Made by a program: the position numbers and the translations under genes. This document shows, one piece after another, positions 24,201 to 36,388 of a stretch of 64,000 nucleotides of DNA (its first letter is position 1; each line of letters begins with the position of its first letter). Source of the stretch: Lenisia limosa. Taxonomy: Eukaryota > Protista > Breviatea. The stretch lies in NCBI GenBank assembly GCA_001655205.1, contig LPNZ01007335.1:1-64000 (forward strand), in the 5' to 3' direction. Under the pieces are notes generated by a model, which did no database searches, was not told where the DNA came from, and worked only from the letters and a program-made list of their open reading frames with translations.

Positions 24201-27200
24201 GTATGTTGCTCCACATTCACTCACTTGGTCTGTAATAAAGGAGTCACAGGCAGAAATGATGGATTCCGTCTCTAAACAGTTATGAAGTTGTAAAAAATAA
24301 TAACAGATCCACGAGTATTTTACTTGTCTTCTTGGGTGTAATGAGCCCATTTAATAAACGCCACTCCCTCGAACCAGTTGACAGACCAAGCTACACGGTC
24401 AGATAAGACAAAGAAAGCAGAAAGATATCTTTGTGTGGATTCCAAACCTTCTTAGCGGTCAAGTGAAACGAATCTCGGCTTTGCAAAAGTGAGAACAGTA
24501 CCCATATTATAGTAAAAGAAAATAGAAATGCTCAAAAAAGGTCAAAAGTCCAGACACATACCCTTGGCTTTGTGAAGGTGAAGTTGGCGGTACCTGAGTG
24601 TAAGAAATAGAGTGAGAATTGAACAAAAAAAAAAAAAGAAGTCAAGAACCTACTTCGATAGGTGCAGAATCGGGAAGCTTTACATCCAAAAAGTGCCTGT
24701 AAAATTAGATTAATACCCAAACCAACATTAGATTCATGAAGTCAAAAGTAGAATGTTAAAAAATAATGAGAAAAAAATTTGGACTTTTAAACATAAAAGG
24801 TCTCAATGAGAAAGATCTGCCAACCCTTCGTGTCTGCCACTCGGTTCCTTGGACAACTCTGACTGATTTGGAGTACTTTTGGCTGGAACTTCTGACTGCT
24901 GTTTCTCAGAGGACAGTTCAGACTTGTTCCTTTGAAAGGATTCGTCGGATACCTTTCGACTGATCGACATATCAAGAACCGGTTCCTCCAGATATCGTGG
25001 GCCTTCCCTCTCAATAGCCTCAAGATACTCCATGTCAATACCCTCATCAACTATCACTTTTATGTTTTCTTCAGTAGTATCACTGGATTCGCTTTCACTT
25101 GATGCATCGATTTCGATGTACTTGAGGGGTACCATGAGCCCTGAAGAAGCAGAGCGGGAAATGGGAGAGGGTCTGGGTGTAGAATCATCGTCTTTGTTGG
25201 TCTCGTTAACAGAAAGTGGGCAAGGCCTGAGGGGGAGAGGGGGAGACACTCCAATCTGTTGATTCTCTTTACGAGGTTGAATGAGAAAGGCCCTTGCCTG
25301 ATTGTTGTTGATGACCATGTGCCCTAAACAGTCAAAGATGGCCGTTTCACAGATACCACACCAATCCGACCTACCAGCAACAAATATATTCACAGTGTGC
25401 ATTTTGAGGATGCCAGCACAGAATTGCTGATTGGCAATAATGTAACCTCTGGCTCCGTGATGCAAAAGTCTGCGTTTGGTAAGGGCAACGAGGGAACTGA
25501 AGCCAAAATAATTTGCCTTTCATAATTATTTCTTCATAAGTAGCGGACTCACGATATTGCCAAATAACCTCAGTTACAAATATTCTTCCTTACCTTGGTC
25601 CCAATGTGAAGATCTCGCCACCAAAGACCGGCCGAGCTGCAAGACTCCCTACTACTCCAACTGAAGGTGTCAACTCGATGAACATGCATTGGTAATTTGT
25701 GATAGAAAAAGACATCCCCACAAACTGACTGAACTTCCGGTAATACTGGATATGATCAAGTTTGGGAGAACATCCAAAAGGTCAAGAAGGAACTAAACTG
25801 TCATATCCATAAATGTGATTAGTGAGTAAAATAAGTGAATCTCACATTGAGCATTGGTGAGACAGTATCTTCAAGAGATTGGTCTAAACCGCAGCCAAAG
25901 CCAAAGCTGTATAATTACATGGGGAAGAGGTTCAAGAGAATCCTATGTAAACCATCATTAGCTTACACTTCATGGGATGACCCGCACGAAATTACTAAGG
26001 GGTGGTTGGACTTTACCTAGAGCATGATTGATTAGTATAGATATAATATAGAGATGAGAAATAAAACAAGGTTGAATCTTACTGAGTGCCTGTATCAAGT
26101 ACATTATACATATTGGTGTAAATATAATACTATGTACTTACATGTTTTTTTTGCAGTAAAAATCGTATCATATTAATAGTAATTGATAAAAGTAGAGAGT
26201 ATAATTTGTTGTTATTACATATATGACTGCCCACCTCTTCAACAGTTTCAAAGCAGTTCTTAAAGTAAGCAAGACGCCGATTGATCTGTAAAATCACATA
26301 TTTAAGAATGCTTCATCTTTGAAGAAGGAGTTTAGCCTACCGCATCTTTTGAGATAAGTTTGGAAGTTGTTGGAATAGATACAAACGCCGAAGTAGCCCT
26401 TGTGATTGGTGATGAGCCGGTTAAGTTTTTCTAGATTGAGATGAAACATCACTACTGTTAGTAATCACAAACCGTGAAGAGAAGCTTAGCTAAGGGTTTT
26501 GGAAAGATGTTATTGATCACATCAGGTACATGATTAATCTGATCATTCGCCTAGTGGATGAACACATTAAAATAAAGCGGAGAAAAAGGGACTACTACTC
26601 ACCATAAGCGCAAGAGAGACGGACGTTTTGATGCCTTCAACTCTTGACATTCGAGCAATTGTCGTAGTGATATAGATGTTGCTCATCTATGATCGTGAGT
26701 ATTTAGGATCAATAATTGCTATGACCCAAAAAAAACTTACTCTAATAAACATTGATAGTAGAGTTGCATAAAGAGAACCGCTGTAGTCCATCGTCACTAC
26801 AACAGAAACAGGCTAAGGGATGAGAACCAACAAGAGAAGGTTGCCTACATAAAGGGTGAACATGAAGTGGTGTGAGGCGTTGACACCAGGACTAAAAGCC
26901 ACGAAGATTATGAAGAGAAAATGGCACGAATTCCAAATGGTTGAATCAATAGTGGCTTCTTTCGCAGTGAAGCCAGTACAAATCAGGAGAAGTAACTACG
27001 TGGTCAAACAGGATTGTTGGACAGAACATGGAAGAAGTAGCCCACCAAAATAAACCAAAGGAAATGGATCACCCATTGTTTGACTGTCTTGGAGATGAAT
27101 ATTGTTATTAGCAAGCACAGGCAGATGGAGATCAGCGCAGGGAGAAGTGAAGATACCTGGTGGGTTAGAACAGAAACAAGGACAGAGTTGAATCTTTTGA

Positions 27201-27490
27201 GACTGAACTAATATCTACAGATAAATGAAAAATAAACGAAAGAGAAAGCGGAGGAAGGGGGGTTAAGGAGTAGATGGGACCATCCTCTTTACCTGAACGC
27301 CAGCAACGTAGTATTCAAAGAAGACTAGGAACGAAAATATGAAAACAAAGCGGTACGCAGTCTCGTGGACTTCTTTAATCCGCATTGACGGGAGCACATA
27401 CTTGTGGGCAGCAACTACGTTGGAAAAAGAGAACAAAACGGCCTCAATTGAAATATCATCACTAATAAACAGCTGTTTCAACGTCCTCAT
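21238..27490 (-). CDS. 12-TM adenylyl/guanylyl-cyclase-like protein (TM6-C1-linker-TM6-C2) with degenerate catalytic motifs
   Basis: The spliced frame appears continuous, though junctions near 25840-26220 were not fully resolved. First hydrophobic block, then VINNIFPKPLAKLL (LLxNILPxxIA-like), GVCIYSNNF and FCAGILKMHTVNIFVAG. Next an S/E-rich linker, FSDPFIEYNY and a second hydrophobic block. Then IHLFHAIGQ, SISIASGSCVAAVFGRHIPTF and MQKSQGLQSGILVDSTISEAL. Confidence 0.62.
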
Positions 27491-27924
27491 TGTGGCAAAA
27501 TGATGACAGGATGTGCTACATTGTTTGCTCAAGTGAGACAGCTGTTTCTTCTGACTCTCTCTAACCTGAGTTCTAACTCAACAACTCAACAAGCATGTGT
27601 TAACTTTTCGCAGTAAAAATAAAACAAGATCCTATTTCCGAATTCCGAGGTATCCGAGGGTCGAGAAATGATGACGTGTTTTGCCCAAGGTCAAAAACAA
27701 AAACAATCACAAATTAATCAACTAAAACGACACACACAGCAACACACAGTCCCTGCAGTATCCTGAGAGAGTGACAGTGTCTGCACGCAAATCTATCTGT
27801 TCATATCCTCTCTTCCCCTCGTCCCCCCCCCCCCCNNNNNNNNNNNNNNNNNNNNNNNNNNNNNNNNNNNNNNNNNNNNNNNNNNNNNNNNNNNNNNNNN
27901 NNNNNNNNNNNNNNNNNNNNNNNN

Positions 27925-29496
27925 ACTACAAGAGAATTTCCCACCTATCCTCACACACACCAATTGTGAAGAAGAAAGTGCTTTTGATTTGGAAGACCAT
28001 GAGGATTTGTATGACAGTGTCAGCAGCTGTGGGACGGAAGAGTATGGAGGAAAGGGGGATTACTTTGTTGTTTTATTGTTCAAATATAAATTTCCTGTAA
28101 CACAAAATAGTTCCAATAACAGTTTCTGAAGGGTTGATGCTATAGATACGATGGCGAAGACACACAGAAAATCGTGGAGACCACTGTTAACAATGGTATA
28201 TGAGCAAAGCGAGAGGCTTGCTTTCACTCTCTCTTTTTTTAACATCATCTCACCTAAAAAAGGATTTTTTTATTAGCCTCAAGTTCACTACATAGATGAG
28301 CTGGTTTGTCAACAATTTAGTGGCTCTGATCTCAAGCTGAGAAGAAGGAACTACTCCTGTGGAAAGGGTGTGGATGGATTTTTCTTTGATATGTTCAGTG
28401 ATTCAAATATTTTTGTAAAACTAACATTCCAAAGATTTTATTCGATACCAAGAGCTTCCTACCTGGCCGAAAACATACCAGCACATCAAAGAAAATGAGT
28501 TGGAGGGAGCAAGAATACGGAATACCCTAATAGTTGGAGTTCATTAGTATTACTGATTTGAAGTGGTAAGGAAATTGATTTCTTTAGCCGTCCTCAAACG
28601 AAGTTTGTTGTGAACTCAAAGATAAACGAAAAGATATCCATTTGGGCTGGTTTGTTTATTTTCCTTCTTTTCCTCCTTAACAAGCAGTTATTAGCCTTTC
28701 CTCTTCACATTGCAGGTGGAGATAGTACTAAATTAGAGTGCGACGCAATTGTCAATGCAGCCAACTCCTCTCTTATGGGTGGCGGCGGGAGTAAGTTGAT
28801 CTCAAGAGTGTCACATTTTAGTTGATGGGGCAATACATCGTGCAGCTGGAAGAGGACTCTCCAAATTTAACAGGTAAGTAGCAGGTAGTTGAAAGTTTTT
28901 ATTGATGGGAGCTCTATTTACTTTACTCTGTAGTACCCTGAATGGGTGTGATGTCGGTGAATGCAAAGTATCACCTGGTTTTTACCTCCCAGCGCAGGTG
29001 GTTGGATTTCACTCTTCTTCTTATTTTCCATTTTTCACAAGGGGGAGGGGGTTCTTCACATTCACCTTCTAGGTTGTTTTGAGTACTGTTGGTCCTCAAG
29101 TCTACAGTCAACTGACTGACAGACACGAAAAGGCGTTAGAGAAATGCTACTCATCTATTCTTGAAACCGCTACTGAAGTCAATGCACGGTCTATTGCGTT
29201 CTGCTGTATTTCAACTGGCATCTACGGCTACCCTGGAGAAAAGGCTGCTGGGGTTTGTTGATGATAACAACGCGTTTATTCTTATGGGCACTTCTCCTCC
29301 ACTTCTCACTGTTTGTAGACTGCACTTGGAGTATGTAGACGATGGCTTGATAAGGATGACAACGCAGACAAAGTGAGCCTTAAGTATATTACTTCCCGTA
29401 ATTCTTTAGGTTGATCGACTGATTTTTGTAACCTTCATGAGGAAAGACTACGACCTCTACATATCTCTGGCGAATGAGTATTTCCCCCTCAAATAA
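27925..29496 (+). CDS. MACROD: MacroD1/2-like ADP-ribose glycohydrolase (macro domain); 5' end uncertain because of the gap at 27836-27924
   Basis: KISIW|xGDSTKLECDAIVNAANSSLMGGGG|VDGAIHRAAG, GCDVGECKVSPGFYLPA, STVGP, IAFCCISTGIYGYP, VDRLIFCTF..D..LY..L..EYFP. Confidence 0.9.
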
Positions 29497-30009
29497 ATGT
29501 TAAGAAATATAAACCACTGAATACAAGCTGTGTCTTAGTGAATCATATCCAAGGTGCGGTTCAAATATCCAACATCCAACAATTTTTTTTTTTTTTGGAT
29601 ATATATGTTGGATATGTACACCAGACTGTTGGATATAAATAAAATCTTGTTTCAGAAAAAAATTTGGTGATGAGTTAGCGTTGTTGCATATGGGGGGGGG
29701 GGCAACTTCTACCTATCTCTGCTTGAGTAGTTAGCTTTAATATTGATTGATCTCAATAGCACGTCAACTTTTAGAGAAGAGACTTATATTGCGCATTTAT
29801 CTGTCCTCAGAACTTTGCTTGCGGTTCCAAGGTATGCACTACGCAAATTATCGGTTAAATGATGACTTAAACAACATAGAAATATATTGTTTCATCTAAA
29901 CCTGGTAAAAATTTCAAAAAAATTTATAGTTTATATATTTGGACCAGTACCAGACTCATATTATTTAGGCCTCAGTTGGGCCTCAGTTCGGCATTTACTC
30001 GTTGCCAAT

Positions 30010-33000
30010 ATGAGTGATGATGTAACTAAAGATAATAAAGATGGAATAGAGACTTTGGAAGGGCCTCCTAACGAGGTTATTGAAGAACCTAGTAGTGTTG
30101 AAGTCGGGGAATTCAGTGGTCTTGAGAGTGATGAGGAAAACAAGGATAATGAGAAGCAAAGTGATGGGGAATCTCCAGTTGTTTCGCCTAGTGTTTCTCC
30201 CCCAGAATCCCCTCGGCTCTCTTCTCCCTCCCCAGAGGTTCAAAAAACCGTGGGAGAAGCGAATGAGGAACCACAAACAGAATCTACTGAACAGGTTTGT
30301 TTCCTTTCCCGTTGTTCTGTTGGTTATGATTTTGTTTGATTATTTAGAAGTTGGGTGACTCTTCTAAAGAAGAGATACAACTTGAACAAGAGCAGACTAG
30401 CGAAGAAGTTGAAGGCAGTGTAGAAGATAAGAAAAATATTGTAGATGCCTCAAGCACAGTTAACAAACAGGCTGAGTATGAGGACGAGGCCGGTGACGTT
30501 GTTGAGAATGAACCTGTCATTGAAGACATCAAACATAGTAAGCTTTCGCTAGCTTTTTCCTGTTTTAATCCGCTGCTCTAATACCCAGGTTCTCAGGAAA
30601 AAGATGAACAGGTTGATTCTTCTTCTGTTGAACTGGTATGCTGGACAAGGATGGGTTAACATTATTCACCTTTTTTGATTATGTTAAATATTTCATGACT
30701 CTGTCTGAACGCTCTCCCTGAGCAATTGGAGCTTAACAGCGCGCAGACATCAGAAAAGACCGAGGATGAAGAGACTTTAGATACCACTGAGTACGACCAA
30801 CAGCAGCCTGAAGCCAGTGATATGTCGCCCCAAGATAGCGAGGCTGATGCTCAACTCATCCGACAGGAGAGTGTCGAGAACCCATCCGACTTGAAGGACC
30901 GTCCAAGGTCAAGAAGCAACAGCAGGTGCGTTTCACATCTGTCTTATCACTATTCAAGATCGGATAGGTCCCAGTCTCGCAGATCTTCTATTGTGGAAGA
31001 AATTCTCAGTTTTGAGCAATCTGCTCCTGTAGCTGCCTCACCCGATGCCGATAAACTCAGGATGCAGGTTAAGGAAGTAAGCTGCTTCTCCTTTGTGAAA
31101 ACTGCGCTTGTTTGAAACAGTATCTAAACATGCCATACATCAGTACATAACACTTCTGGGCAACGTTTTCAAGTACATTAATATTTTACACCACCAGACA
31201 GAGGCAAGAAGAGCTGCTGCTGTGTCCGCTCAAATGCAAGCAGTTCAAGAGCGAGATGACATGGTCAAGGAAAGAGACAATCTCCTTAGGAAAATTAGGT
31301 ACGTCACCTTAAATAGTCTCACAACGTAGTGGATTGGAGCAGAGTTTAGAGCATGAGAAGACGAGTTCATCACAAGTGAGAATGGGATCAACCTTGATAT
31401 CTAACTGTTAGACCCAACAAGATTGCGCTGAAATGGAAAAGTTAAAGTCAGAATGGAACAGACGCGCGACCGAAGCTGAAAAGGTTTGAAAATACTGGTA
31501 TTGGATTGTGGGGTTCAGCCAGCTCATGAAATGACGTTTTAGAAAGCACAGGAGTTGACTGAAAATGCTGCAGCCAGCGACACAGTGAACCGTGACAAAA
31601 TCCTAATTCTTGAGAAGGAGCTTTCCACAGCCAACTCAATGCTGGAGGACGAAGTATCTCTGGTGGGGGGATGGAGGGTGGCGGATGGATTGCGTGATGT
31701 TTAGCAACATAGTTTAACTTTCATAGAGAAAAGAGTTGGAGGAGAAAAACAGAAACGCCGAATTAGAGATTGTTGATATTCGAGCAAAGCTTCGAGAGGT
31801 AGGCAAGTTGTATTTGTCACAATGTTAACTATTTTTTGTTGAGGTAGATGCCCACGTTGGTTTTTCTTAGCACCTTCCAATATATAACACAAAATTTCCT
31901 TTGCCCCCCCCCCCCCNNNNNNNNNNNNNNNNNNNNNNNNNNNNNNNNNNNNNNNNNNNNNNNNNNNNNNNNNNNNNNNNNNNNNNNNNNNNNNNNNCTC
32001 CCTCCAGGATGAAACCCGGGATGGGCTTCGTTTGGAGTTCTTGACAAGAGCTGAGACAGACTGCTCCATTGCCAATAAGAAATTAGCCGAAGCCGAGGCC
32101 AAGGTCTGTACTACTCTTGCTGTTGAATGTTTTGTCACCGTCCAGAGAGAGGTTTCTGAGGACCGTCTACGTAGTGAAGAGGTCGAAAGAATGAAGGCAG
32201 TCACAGGTTTGTTTTCAGCTATCCCTAATTCCTATGACGTTCAGCACTAGAAAAGGAGCGGCTGAAGAGTGCAGACCTCGAGCAGACTCGCGAGCGGCTT
32301 GAGGCTGACCTGGCAGCAGCCGACCAGAGGATCCGCGAGGAGATGAAGGAAAGAGCCATGGTTGAAAGGGCCCATGCCGACAAGGAGCGTGACCGTCTCA
32401 AGTTGTCGTCTCAGATTGAGCAAGAAAGGAATCGCATGGATACAGTGAGAGGGGCAAATATATTTTGTGTTTGCTTGGGTGAATGTTGCCTTTGACATTT
32501 CAGATGAAGGCAGAAATTGAGAGAAAAGAACAGAAAGTTCGGCAGCTTCGAGCTAAGTATTGGGGATTTCCTTTTTGGGCTTTATTTTCACCCTTGGCAA
32601 AATGACGGAGCAGGGTGGATTCATTGGAGGAGTCGCGTTCACAATTAGAGAGCGCTAAAGCGGATCTCAATAACCAGCTCTTCCAGGCGAGAAGGTAGAG
32701 TGGCTGGTGGTATTGTGGATTTCCTTTTGTGGAAACGAACCTCCTGACTCTGCAGCACGCATGACAGGGATATGGACACAGCTGAGGCCAAATTGAAGGC
32801 TGAAGTTGACCACAGGTATGTCGTGTTCACATGTATATTCTGCTAAAAATTGGTTTTGGGGGCCTTTTTACTACCAAGGCACTCTTTTTAATTATTTAGG
32901 GAGTCAATCATCCAAACACGCAATGCCTTGGATTCTGATCTTGTTGCTACCAAAAAGAAACTTCATGAAGAAGTCAGAAGGCGAGAATTGGCTGAAGACC

Positions 33001-36000
33001 AAAATCAAATCGTTGGGGGGGGGGGGGGGNNNNNNNNNNNNNNNNNNNNNNNNNNNNNNNNNNNNNNNNNNNNNNNNNNNNNNNNNNNNNNNNNNNNNNN
33101 NNNNNNNNNNNNNNNNNNNNNNNNNNNNNNNNNNNNNNNNNNNNNNNNNNNNNNNAGGACTTGGCCAGTAGCACAGACACAAGAGCCACGGCTGAGGGTC
33201 GACTTGGCGCTCTCGAGGAAGTCCATGAAGCAACAAGAAAGGTTTCAGCTTTATATATCGTTTCTCACGTTTAAGGCGTTAGAGAAGACCACTCACAAGT
33301 TTGAGGCTGAACAGCTCAAAACTGCCCAATTGGAGAAAGATTTGACGGTAAGCTAGGCTACATTGAGTGGGGGCTGCTCAATCTATTGAACGTGATTAGG
33401 CACGAATCGAGCTAACGGACGAGCAAGCTGGACGCCTCACCTATTTAGAAGAAGTTCGAATTAAGGTCGGTAGAATAGTCACAGTGTGAAGATCATTTGC
33501 AACATATGATAATATAGTTATTATATTATGTTACTATAATATACATATCATATACTATATGCATATGATATGATATTAATAGTTTACATGTCGTACTATT
33601 GGGGCTTTTTTTCGAAGTACTTAAAATGTCGGATTTTAAAACCTAGTCTAAAGAGCGATGGTGTTCACTTAGGTGGTGTATACAAGACTGTCNNNNNNNN
33701 NNNNNNNNNNNNNNNNNNNNNNNNNNNNNNNNNNNNNNNNNNNNNNNNNNNNNNNNNNNNNNNNNNNNNNNNNNNNNNNNNNNNNNNNNNNNNNNNCTAC
33801 CAAAGAAAAAATGTAGATGTATCTATCGGTACCTTTATCCCAGCTTCTGATAGCTGTAGTATGAAGTTCAAACTCAGTCCCTTGAGGAGGAGGTCCTTCA
33901 AAGAAAAAATGCCCAAGCAAACATCTACCTTCTTCAGACTTCGGTGGATAGTGTGAGCTGGCGGCTTCCATCAGTTTTAAGAGCAATAATTATATTGACC
34001 CATTTTCCAGACTCTTGAGCGCCTTGACGCCGAAACTAGAGCTTTGAAGGCCTGTGAAACTCGGAACAAGTCTCTCCAGGAAAACAACGATGCTTTAAAG
34101 AATAAAGTTTGTATTGTCTCTTTTGTCGTTTTCTTAGCTCCATAGCTGAACTCTTCATCGGGCCAATCCCATGCTGCCGCGCTCCAAGTGGCTGACAAGA
34201 GCAAGATCATCGATGGGTTCAGAGAAAACGAAACCAGGCTGAAGACCGAAATCGACAGTAGGTGGCACCAAATGCTGCGTTTTTGACTCGACAGGCATGC
34301 AGAGTAGGCTGAGACAGATTGAGGCTCAGAAGCTGGAGTTGTTGGAAGATCGGAAGAGATCAGAAAGTGATGTCGCTACCGCCAATGTGAGCCATACTTT
34401 GGTTAAATGAATACCATATTGGAGATCTAATGGTCAGGTACGAAATGTTGCGTTGCAAGAGAGGTCAGATCAGCTCTCTAAGTCGCTACGTGATTTGAAG
34501 GTAGGAGTTAACTCAGTTGAATTGCTCTAATGGTCCAGTCTGAAGTGGTGGAGTTGAAGGCCGAAAACAGCTCGCTCAAGGAAGCAATTGAAGTTGAGGC
34601 TGCAAAGGTAGCGAAGTACAAGAGAAAACGCCTTCGTAACAAGGTTCGCAGCAGGAATTAGGTCTTTCAGTTTGAGTTCCAACTGTTCTTCTTTATTGTT
34701 TTGCTTTTTCTAGATAGACGACAAGTACGCCAGTATATATATCATATTAATTTTCATTGTAATGGACCTCCCTCAGGACGACACAATGTCGAACGCAAGT
34801 GACTGGAAAGCTCGCTTGGCATCCCTAGAAGCCAGTACAGCTCATAGTGATGAGGCCAGAGAGAAGGCGGAGAAGGAATGTGATGAAGCTTGGTACCAAT
34901 GTGAAAAAGCCAAAAAGAAGAACAAGGTAGGCCACTTGAAGGATGGCCAACTTATTGTTCAGGAACTTCTTCGTAAGTATGCCAAGTTAGAGGAAACTCT
35001 GAATGACCAGAAAGACAAAGTCAATCGGGCTGAAGGAGGTTTGTTTCTTCTAAATTCAATCATTTTAACCCTCCCAGAAATTGACAGCGGCCGGAAAGAA
35101 GCACTGTCTCAAAACCGTGAACTTCTGGCTCGCCTTCACGATGTGAGTTTCGTATTCTCAGTCCTGTTTTTTTTGGACAAGAAAATTAAATAAATCGAGG
35201 GAAACATGAGAATACAAAGGGATACCACAAACAAATCACCATAAATATTGCGGAAAGCCTTCCCCCTCACACCAGGTTTCGCCATCTTACGATTCAGGCT
35301 GAGGAGGTGACGGCACGGCTGCAAAGCGAGCTGCAGGAACACCGCCGTCTTCTACACAGTGCCCGCAGCGGCCGGCAAGCGGCTGTTGAGGACTCTAAGA
35401 CCGAACGGTTGGTGGCTTTTGGATGGCCTGCAATTTCAATTTCTGTTTTCTCCGTTTGTACGAAGCAACAACATTACGCACCCCAGGGATTCCAGTCACC
35501 AGAAGCTGATGGAGCTTGAAGGGGTCATTGTCGGGCTGAGAGAGAAGTACGCACAAGCTTCACGTTCGAAGACAAGGCTGACATCAGGTAGGGCGTTACT
35601 CCGATTTGAAACGATTCCTAATGTTTATGGTCTGATCTTTGATTTGACATTTTCACTTGATTTAGCGCTCAACCGCGCGCAAGATGACGCCAAAGAAAAC
35701 GAAGTCAAGGCCGGCCTCGAAAAACAGAAGGTAACTCGAGCTTCTGGATTGAGAGCATTCTTATTTAAAAAATGAGACTAATCTATTAGGCTCATAGATT
35801 GCGAGTTCGATTCGAAGACCTCCAGCAAAGATATGACAGACTGAAGGTGATATTTGGGCTGCCGTGGTTGTTATATCTGGTGTTGTTTCTGACTTCATGA
35901 CTTCTGCAGAAACGCCTTGTTCCCACTGGGCCACAAACAGACATGTACGGCACCCCGCTTCCGGTATGTTTGCTTGGTCAATACCTGGTAGCAGAATGAA

Positions 36001-36220
36001 ATCTGATGACTAACACTTGCAGACATCAGCTCGAATGGTGTACCCCCCAGGAACCGAAGATATGGACGCGCCCCTCGCTGCCATTGAGGCCGAGCTCAAG
36101 GTCGGAGAAAGGGGCTCTAGAGGAGAGTATTGGAAGCAATATTATGATAAAATACTGATAATACAGGCGCTCCGTATGTCGGGGGATCTAGATCCTGAAG
36201 AAGGAGAGACCCAGTCTTAA
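30010..36220 (+). CDS. Large coiled-coil protein with an acidic, disordered N-terminus (myosin-tail/golgin/centrosomal-like); more than 30 exons, three gaps
   Basis: MSDDVTKDNKDGIETLE.. E/S/P-rich start, then long heptad-rich exons (e.g. EARRAAAVSAQMQAVQERDDMVKERDNLLRK, WKARLASLEASTAHSDEAREKAEKE), ending ..DLDPEEGETQS*. Confidence 0.8.
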
Positions 36221-36388
36221 GTGTAAAGTAGTGTGGTGTATATTAGGTATTTATCCCATTTCTTGTTGAGAGATGTATTCGTTTATAGCTTTTTAATTGG
36301 AGAGTAGGGATGAGGTTTATACTTCTTGATAGAAAAAGAATAATTCATAATAATAACAAAACTACTGCACACTAAATACCCTAGATTC

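Noticed and set aside
21238-27490. Oligopeptide transporter, or three separate membrane-protein genes
   Set aside because: Manual splicing links the pieces largely in one frame, and cyclase-type motifs follow each hydrophobic block; no transporter signature was found.
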